Assembly (NCBI GenBank): GCA_963693095.2
Contig: OY843768.1
Span: forward strand, 640,001-704,000
DNA from: Cenarchaeum sp.
GTDB taxonomy: Archaea > Thermoproteota > Nitrososphaeria > Nitrososphaerales > Nitrosopumilaceae
Direction: 5' to 3'
Length of the DNA: 64,000 bases
Shown: one piece after another, positions 57,569 through 64,000 of the stretch
Layout: each line of letters begins with the position of its first letter
Position numbering within the stretch: position 1 is the first letter of the stretch
The notes under the pieces: generated by a model
What the model was told of the DNA's origin: nothing
Databases searched by the model: none
Seen by the model: only the letters and a program-made list of their open reading frames with translations
Made by a program: the position numbers and the translations under genes

Positions 57569-57940
57569 TTAGCCATCGGCAACATCCCTCAGCATCTCCA
57601 TAAATCCCTTGTCCTCAAGTGACTCGGCAATCTTTAGCGCAATGGCGCGCGTGCGCGCAGGATCGCCGGCATACGTCTCGGCGATGAGGCCCAGCTCCCT
57701 AGAGAACGAGTATCCCGAGGTGTACCTGCCCGCGTGCGCACGAAGCGAGCTCGCCGTGTCCCCAGTGCTCTTGTCTGCTGCAAGCGTGTCGAGCAATGCG
57801 GCCATTGCCGCACAGATGCGATCCCACTCTGCGGCCACGCCGCGCACGCCTGCCTTTGCATAGTTCATGCCAAGGAGCGCGTCGTGCGCCCGCACGGCGT
57901 CGGCGGCTGCGGCAACTGTGCCCTCGCCAATGACAGACAT
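57569..57940 (-). CDS. Hypothetical protein
   Basis: ORF from MSVIGEG; TTTATA box about 27 bp upstream. Confidence 0.65.
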   Translation of the reverse strand: MSVIGEGTVAAAADAVRAHDALLGMNYAKAGVRGVAAEWDRICAAMAALLDTLAADKSTGDTASSLRAHAGRYTSGYSFSRELGLIAETYAGDPARTRAIALKIAESLEDKGFMEMLRDVADG

Positions 57941-58021
57941 CGCCGCAACGTCATCCTGATGCCCTATAAAGTCTGGTGCCCACGAACTCTTTAAATTGTC
58001 GTCCCTGGAGCGTGCGCCTCG

Positions 58022-59359
58022 ATGTCGCAAGGCGCACGGTTAAGGTGCATTGACGGCGCCTGTGCGCTCGAGTATCCGATCAACACAGTGGGCGTGAGCT
58101 GCGAGAACGGTCACCTCCTTGATGTCGTGTATGACAGCACGCCCCCAAAGTCCCTAAAGGAGTCGTTTCTGCACCGGCGCGATCATGGGGGGAGCATATT
58201 CAACGAGAGCGGCGTGTGGAGGTTTCGCGAGCTGATCAACTTTTGCCAGATAGACACCGAGGACGATGCGGCGTGCGCGCACGCGCTCGTCTCCCTTGAC
58301 GGGGCCGAGGGCAGGCAGTCGCGCCCGTACCGCATGTCCAGGGCAGCCGAGTTTGCGCGCATGGATTCTGAACGCCTACTCCTGCAGCCAGAGGGGTACA
58401 ACCCGAGCGGCTCATTCAAGGACAACGGCATGGCCACGGCCGTCACGCACGCAAGGATGGTCGGCGCATCAAAGATCGTCTGCGCGTCGACTGGAAACAC
58501 GTCTGCATCGGCAGGCATGTTTGCGGCCAATGAGGGGATGGAGTGTGACGTGTACATACCCCGCGGCAAGATCGCGCCGGGCAAGCTCGGGCAGGCATAC
58601 CAGTTTGGCGCGCAGATTGTTGAGGTCGACGGCAACTTTGATGATGCGCTGCGCGGCTCACTAGAGGCTGTGAGTGACGGCAGTGGATACACCGTAAACT
58701 CGATCAACCCGTTTCGCATAGAGGGCCAAAAGACAATACCGTACAGGGTACTTGAGCATCTGGGGTGGGAGGCACCCGACTGGATCGTCTATCCCGGAGG
58801 CGCACTTGGCAACACGTCAAGCTGCGGCAAGGCGCTCCATGAGCTTCGCTCGTGGGGATGGATAAAAAAGATGCCGCGAATTGCCGTGATCAACGCAGAG
58901 GGCGCTAGCACGCTGTCTGACATGTATAACGGGGCAAACGGCGAGGAGGAGCTACGATGGAACTCTGGCAGGCCAAACATGGGAATCATAGAGCGGCACT
59001 ATGCCGCACTCGACGCGTCCGGCAGTGTGCCGAAAACCCGCGCCACTGCAATACAGATAGGGCGTCCGGCAAACCTGCTAAAGGCCCTGAGGGCACTTGA
59101 GCTTAGCGACGGGCACGTCACCACGGTCAGCGACGCCGAGATGCTCGATGGCATGTCAGTAGTCGGCCTTAACGGGTTTGACTGTGAGATGGCATCTGGC
59201 GCGTCGATCGCCGGAATTCGCAAGCTTGTCAACGAGGGCATAATGCGCCGCGATGACACCGTCATAGGCATACTCACCGGAAGGCAAAAGGATCCAACCA
59301 TGCCAGTAGAGTACCACGCAGACCCCGCAAACCGGTTTGCGCGGCCACCGCGCGCATGA
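58022..59359 (+). CDS. thrC: Threonine synthase
   Basis: GVWRFREL, EGYNPSGSFKDNG, CASTGNTSAS, NSINPFRIEGQKT, ATAIQIG. Confidence 0.93.
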   Translation: MSQGARLRCIDGACALEYPINTVGVSCENGHLLDVVYDSTPPKSLKESFLHRRDHGGSIFNESGVWRFRELINFCQIDTEDDAACAHALVSLDGAEGRQSRPYRMSRAAEFARMDSERLLLQPEGYNPSGSFKDNGMATAVTHARMVGASKIVCASTGNTSASAGMFAANEGMECDVYIPRGKIAPGKLGQAYQFGAQIVEVDGNFDDALRGSLEAVSDGSGYTVNSINPFRIEGQKTIPYRVLEHLGWEAPDWIVYPGGALGNTSSCGKALHELRSWGWIKKMPRIAVINAEGASTLSDMYNGANGEEELRWNSGRPNMGIIERHYAALDASGSVPKTRATAIQIGRPANLLKALRALELSDGHVTTVSDAEMLDGMSVVGLNGFDCEMASGASIAGIRKLVNEGIMRRDDTVIGILTGRQKDPTMPVEYHADPANRFARPPRA

Positions 59360-59415
59360 TGCCGCAGACGGGCCGCTCGCCAACGCTAAATAGCGGCAAT
59401 ATGCGCAAATCTCGC

Positions 59416-60384
59416 ATGGCCAAGCCCACCGTAGTCGAGCTCTTTGCCGGCGCAGGCGGCATGGCCCTGGGCCTCCACAGGGCCGGCTTTGAGACCGTCT
59501 CGCTAGTCGAGAACGACAAGGACTGCGTGGCGACGCTAAGGATGAACCGCCCACGCTGGAACGTCATCGGAGACGACATTGCAGATGTGAAGTTTAGGGG
59601 GGTGCGCGCTGACGTCGTGACAGGCGGGTTTCCGTGCCAGCCGTTCAGCCATGCGGGAAACAAGCTCGGGTTTGGGGACGTTCGCGGGACGCTGTTCTAC
59701 GAGTTTGCCAGGGCAGTAAAGCAGATCAGGCCGCGCGCATTTCTTGCCGAGAACGTCGAGGCGATCACGCGCAATGACGGCGGCAGGACGCTTGAGACCA
59801 TACTGCGCATCCTAGACTCCCTCGGGTATGACGTCAGGTACCAGACGCTCAACGCGCTGGACTATCGCGTGCCGCAAAAGCGCAAGAGGGTCATATTTGT
59901 CGGCGTGCGGCGCGGGATGGCCTTTGAGTTCCCGCGTCCGCATGGCGGGGTAATCACGCTTCGCGAGGCGCTTCGCAAAACCCCGCGATCGGCGGGAACG
60001 ACCTACTCGGAGAGGCGCAAAAAGATACTCGACAGGGTTCCGCCCGGCGGCTCATGGGTTAACCTGCCCAAAAGGCTCCAAAGGGTGTACCTTGGCAAGA
60101 GCATAAACTCCGAGGGCGGAAAGCGCGGGATGGCCAGGCGCCTGTCCTGGGACGAGCCGTGCCTGACACTCACGTGCTCGCCGTGCCAAAAGATGACGGA
60201 CAGGATTCATCCTGATGAGACGCGCCCGTTCACCATCAGGGAGTATGCGCGCATCCAGACATTTCCGGACACATGGAAGTTTGAGGGCAGCGTGTCATCA
60301 CAGTACCGGCAGATAGGCAACGCGGTTCCGGTAAAGCTCGCCGTTGCGCTTGGCCGCTCCATGCGCAAGGCACTTGAGCTGTAG
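59416..60384 (+). CDS. C5-cytosine DNA methyltransferase (M.Eco47II/M.Sau96I-like, probably GGNCC)
   Basis: ELFAGAGG, GGFPCQPFS, ENV, PQKRKR, GGKRGMARRLSWDEP, QIGNAV. Confidence 0.93.
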   Translation: MAKPTVVELFAGAGGMALGLHRAGFETVSLVENDKDCVATLRMNRPRWNVIGDDIADVKFRGVRADVVTGGFPCQPFSHAGNKLGFGDVRGTLFYEFARAVKQIRPRAFLAENVEAITRNDGGRTLETILRILDSLGYDVRYQTLNALDYRVPQKRKRVIFVGVRRGMAFEFPRPHGGVITLREALRKTPRSAGTTYSERRKKILDRVPPGGSWVNLPKRLQRVYLGKSINSEGGKRGMARRLSWDEPCLTLTCSPCQKMTDRIHPDETRPFTIREYARIQTFPDTWKFEGSVSSQYRQIGNAVPVKLAVALGRSMRKALEL

Positions 60385-60399
60385 GGCAGGAACACAACA

Positions 60400-61095
60400 C
60401 TAGTGCCCAAATGCCCTCTTGAACCATTCATAAACGCGAGTATATTCCGTCTCATCAAACGTCCTGGATTTTCCAACACAATTCGCAATTGCCTTTGGGA
60501 CCGCTCTCCACGTCTCTTCAAGGGCATTATCATCTCCGGTCACAAGGCCATAGACTTTTTTGCCCCAAACTTTTCTGATGTTTGGGTTTGAGTTACTGTT
60601 GTAAACCCACATCACATCTCCGGAGGTTCCATCGTTTGGAATTATGTATGCCCAATAGCATTTGGCGGATTTGTGCTGTTTTGATATGTTGCAAAGCCTG
60701 TCGTGCAGCTTTTCTTCGCTGTCAGAATTAAGCGTATTGTGCTTGTTCTTTAGCTCGACGAACACGCTATTGTCATTTTTTGCCAGGTCAATCTTGACAT
60801 GTGTGTCAGAGACGGCCTGATGCCACCCTTCCACCCCGCCGAGCAACTCTTGGTGAAAAAGGCCCACTGCGTTGTTTATTGCCTTGTCCTTGATTCGCAT
60901 AATGTCATTTCTCTCCCACGTGTCTAGTGCCATGCCGGCGTTTAGCGTGTCAAACACCAGCTTGAACGGGTCAACGACATTTTTGCGCTGTGTGGTAATT
61001 CTCGTCTTTACCGGGTTCGCGTATTTGTCACATAGCTTTTCGACGCACTCTCTGAAATGCCGGTCACTGACAAACCCCACATACTCGTTTTCCAA
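60400..61095 (-). CDS. Type II restriction endonuclease, Eco47II-like
   Basis: KNVVDPFKLVFD, NAVGLFHQ, ID...FVELKNKHNTLNS, YGLVTG; converges on the MTase. Confidence 0.85.
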   Translation of the reverse strand: MENEYVGFVSDRHFRECVEKLCDKYANPVKTRITTQRKNVVDPFKLVFDTLNAGMALDTWERNDIMRIKDKAINNAVGLFHQELLGGVEGWHQAVSDTHVKIDLAKNDNSVFVELKNKHNTLNSDSEEKLHDRLCNISKQHKSAKCYWAYIIPNDGTSGDVMWVYNSNSNPNIRKVWGKKVYGLVTGDDNALEETWRAVPKAIANCVGKSRTFDETEYTRVYEWFKRAFGH

Positions 61096-61374
61096 CGCTA
61101 GCGATGGGGCAAGTCACGTATTAAAATCTTGTTTTGGCGCACAGCATTGGCGCAACGTGTGATCCTGAACCTGCAATGCATGGCCCTCCCGCAAGATGGC
61201 CGTCAGGTTGCGCGGGCCGATTCCGGGGTTTTTGGACTGTCCGCTGATACGCACGCGTGCGCCAACCTGAAGCCTTAAAGCCGGGACCGGCATTGCCTCT
61301 GCCATCAAGATATGCACGGTGACTTGTCACAGGCATGAGTGCGGCATTGCGCCGAGAGGCAGCGTGAGGGACAC

Positions 61375-62628
61375 ATGGTAAACCTCTGGTTGGACATACC
61401 ACTGCTCGCCACGCTCATTGCCCTATCGGGGTTTTTCAGCGGCCTCGAAGTTGCCCTTGTGGGCACGCGACACTCCAAGACGCTCCAGTTTGTCAAGGAG
61501 GCCCGAAAGGGCTCCAGGGCGCTCCACAAGCTAAAGTCAAACCCCGGCTGGATGATGGCCAGCGTAAACCTCGGCAACAATGTCGTCAATGTTGGCGCGT
61601 CAGCCCTGGCCACAAGCGTTGCCATAGAGATGTTTGGCGACAGCGGCCTCGGGATAGCCATTGGCATGATGACGTTTCTCATACTGGTGTTCGGCGAGAT
61701 CACCCCAAAGACGTACTGTAACGCAAACGCAGACAAGATTGCGCTCCGCTTTGCCCCGATACTCCTTGCGTTCAGCTATGCGACATGGCCGATTGTCAAG
61801 ATATTCGAGGTGATCACGCGCAGCGTCGTAAAGTTGACCGGAAGCAGCTATCTTCCGCCGCCGATAACCGAAAAGGAGATAGAGCATGTCATAGACCAGG
61901 GCATGGCAGAAAAGGCCCTCGAGCGCGAGGAGCACGCGCTGGTTCGCGGTGCGCTGAGCTTTGATGACATTGACGTCCATAGCGTCATGACTCCGCGCAC
62001 AAAGATGTTTGCGCTGCCCGGCCGCATGTTGCTCTTTGATGCGCTTCCGCGCATAAACGAGTCCGGGCACTCGCGCATACCCATATACGGCAAGGACATT
62101 GACGACATTACGGGCTTTGTCCACGTAAAGGACATCCTGCGCGAGCTAGAGCACGACAGGCGCGAGAGCAGCCTTGAGATGATCGCCAGAAATCCCGTCT
62201 TTGCGTCGCGCGAAAAGACCGTGAGGTCCCTGCTTGACGAGATGAAGGGCCGCAAGGTCCACCTCTCGATGGTCATAGACGAGCATGGCGGCGTTGAGGG
62301 CCTAGTCACGTTCGAGGACCTCATAGAGGAGATAGTCGGCGAGGTCGAGGACGAGGGCGACAGGGGAGAGCAGCCACGCTACACGTCCGTTGATCGCGAC
62401 ACGATAATTGTCGACGGCGACATCGAGATGGGCCGCGTCTGCAAGATACTCAGGGTCAGCATGGCCGGCATCGACACGCACTCCACTCTCAACGGCCTTT
62501 TACACGAGCGCCTAAAGGACATACCGCGCGAGGGCGACAAGGTCGAGCTCGACGGCGTGCGCATCGTCGTCGAAAAGGTCACAAGCAACCGCTCGGAGCG
62601 CGTCAGGATCGAGAGGCTTCGCGGCTAA
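61375..62628 (+). CDS. CNNM/hemolysin-family CBS-domain protein (CorB/CorC-like)
   Basis: LSGFFSGLEVAL, GNN.VN, FGEITPK, MTPR, HSRIP, DEHGG, EDLIEEIVGE. Confidence 0.93.
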   Translation: MVNLWLDIPLLATLIALSGFFSGLEVALVGTRHSKTLQFVKEARKGSRALHKLKSNPGWMMASVNLGNNVVNVGASALATSVAIEMFGDSGLGIAIGMMTFLILVFGEITPKTYCNANADKIALRFAPILLAFSYATWPIVKIFEVITRSVVKLTGSSYLPPPITEKEIEHVIDQGMAEKALEREEHALVRGALSFDDIDVHSVMTPRTKMFALPGRMLLFDALPRINESGHSRIPIYGKDIDDITGFVHVKDILRELEHDRRESSLEMIARNPVFASREKTVRSLLDEMKGRKVHLSMVIDEHGGVEGLVTFEDLIEEIVGEVEDEGDRGEQPRYTSVDRDTIIVDGDIEMGRVCKILRVSMAGIDTHSTLNGLLHERLKDIPREGDKVELDGVRIVVEKVTSNRSERVRIERLRG

Positions 62629-63655
62629 AGTGCGCCTCGAGTGCGGCCTTTTTTTGCGCTAGGCCAAAGAGCGACTCTGTGCGGGCCTGCGCCTCGGCAT
62701 ATGGCCTGGCAAAGAGCATCGCCTGCATGAGCATGTGGTTCTCTGGTATGACAATGCCGGTCTGGTCATCCGAGTAGACGAGCTGCACGGTGTCGCCGCG
62801 GCTGGCCGTCATCTCGGCGTGCACGTGAACCATGTTTGTGTCAGCTAGCGCGTCTGAAGAGCCGGCAAACTCGCGAATCTCGCGCGTGCCACGCGCGCCC
62901 CAGAGCGTGGCCACTGCGGCCTCGTCGGCTAGCGCGGCGTGGACCTCCTCGACTGTCGGGGCGTCCCCGGAGAATCGCGCATCAAGTATGTGAACGTGCA
63001 TCTGGCGCGTCGGAACCTTGATGGCCCTGACGTGTATTGGAATGGCATCGCCCATGTGCGCCCTGACGTCCTCGCCGTGGTGCGGCGAGGATGTCATCTC
63101 TATCGTGTCCGGAATGTCAGCATGCTGCTCCATGTCCGCCCAGCGCCGGATAAGCGCAATGTCGACGCGCACGAGCCTGTCCCCAAACGCCTCGCCTAGC
63201 GGCCGCGTTATCTTGCCGATGCCCGTGACGTTGCAGCTACCCTGCATCACGTGCTTCTTTCCAATGGCGGCCGCATAGTTTGTGCGCGAGCTAAACAGCG
63301 TGTCTGACACTGCATCCTTGCCGTATATCGTCTCGCCCCCCTGGTATATCGCCATTATGCCGCGCGGCCCATACAGCGCCATCTTGTTCGTGTGCCCCAC
63401 TCCCCCCGGCGTGCAGTCAATGACAAGGTCGCACGAGTCCAGGGCCGACTCTATGCTTCCGCCTATTGCGGCCTCGCCAAACTCGCCCATCCTTGCCTCG
63501 GGGACATGCACTGTGTGGCCGTCGGCGATGGCCGCCTCGATGCCTCGCGGCGTCGCCTTGCCGACCCCGACAAGCTCTATCTCGTCATCACGGGCCACAA
63601 AGGCCGCAATCCTGCGCCCGATTGAGCCATACCCGTTGACAAAGACGCGCTTCAT
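62603..63655 (-). CDS. gap: Archaeal type II glyceraldehyde-3-phosphate dehydrogenase
   Basis: VFVNGYGSIGRR, IYQGGE, SCNVTG, RRWAD, HHGEDV, VIPEN. Confidence 0.92.
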   Translation of the reverse strand: MKRVFVNGYGSIGRRIAAFVARDDEIELVGVGKATPRGIEAAIADGHTVHVPEARMGEFGEAAIGGSIESALDSCDLVIDCTPGGVGHTNKMALYGPRGIMAIYQGGETIYGKDAVSDTLFSSRTNYAAAIGKKHVMQGSCNVTGIGKITRPLGEAFGDRLVRVDIALIRRWADMEQHADIPDTIEMTSSPHHGEDVRAHMGDAIPIHVRAIKVPTRQMHVHILDARFSGDAPTVEEVHAALADEAAVATLWGARGTREIREFAGSSDALADTNMVHVHAEMTASRGDTVQLVYSDDQTGIVIPENHMLMQAMLFARPYAEAQARTESLFGLAQKKAALEAHFSREASRS

Positions 63656-63728
63656 CGGCGCATGGCCCGCATCACGCACAATATTAGTGGTGCAGGTTAA
63701 AATAGCGCCGCCGTGGGCCTTTCGCGCG

Positions 63729-64000
63729 TTGAAAGTCGAGATCAGCCTGCCGTCGATGGGAATCGGCGCCGCAATCGCCATTGCCGCCGTCCTCGCGCCG
63801 CTCTATGCGCTAGAGGTCATGACGCCCGAGCCGGCCGTTCAGGCGCCCCTTGGCATACCCACGACCAATGTCCTCGAGCCCCCACCGGCCGAGCCGACGC
63901 CAGAGCTCCTCCTCGCAAACGCATCACCATTTCTTGGCGACGAGGGCGCCCCCGTCACGCTAATCGAGTTTGGCGACTATCAGTGCGCGTTCTGCCACAG
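63729..64000 (+). CDS. DsbA-family oxidoreductase (3'-truncated)
   Basis: Hand-translated N-terminal anchor followed by LGDEGAPVTLIEFGDYQCAFCH. Confidence 0.9.
   Translation, partial: MKVEISLPSMGIGAAIAIAAVLAPLYALEVMTPEPAVQAPLGIPTTNVLEPPPAEPTPELLLANASPFLGDEGAPVTLIEFGDYQCAFCH

Noticed and set aside
158-63625. Numerous long antisense and alternate-frame ORFs in the track
   Set aside because: They are shadows of real genes in GC-rich DNA, Arg/Ser/Pro-rich and without motifs.

Overview
The window is GC-rich archaeal DNA whose gene content and order point to an ammonia-oxidising Nitrososphaerota (Nitrosopumilaceae-like), possibly a sponge-symbiont lineage (inference). Most of it is housekeeping: two tandem ahcY genes, metG, fen1, purSQLF/purP/purC, aspS-gatCAB, a LIV-type ABC transporter with two binding proteins, the rpl3-rpl6 ribosomal cluster, psmA, an ESCRT-III paralog, ccdA with a redoxin, bioA/bioB/bioF, thrC and gap. 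There are three tRNAs: Ser-CGA with an intron, Phe and Asn. The accessory features are (1) a low-GC operon encoding a MORC/GHKL ATPase with an AbiEi-like tail plus an AbiEii nucleotidyltransferase; (2) an insertion in the biotin cluster with a 366-bp tandem duplication of an 82-aa gene (identical N-terminal 50 aa, highly diverged Cys-containing C-terminus) followed by a Pycsar-TM-like membrane gene; (3) a GGNCC-type R-M pair; (4) a structured non-coding region around an ArsR gene, with an AT-rich tract, two 24-bp palindromes, a tandem repeat and a tRNA-like fold; (5) strong CATG enrichment in intergenic DNA; and (6) several small ORFs missed by the ORF track. All family calls come from motif recognition by eye, not from database searches.
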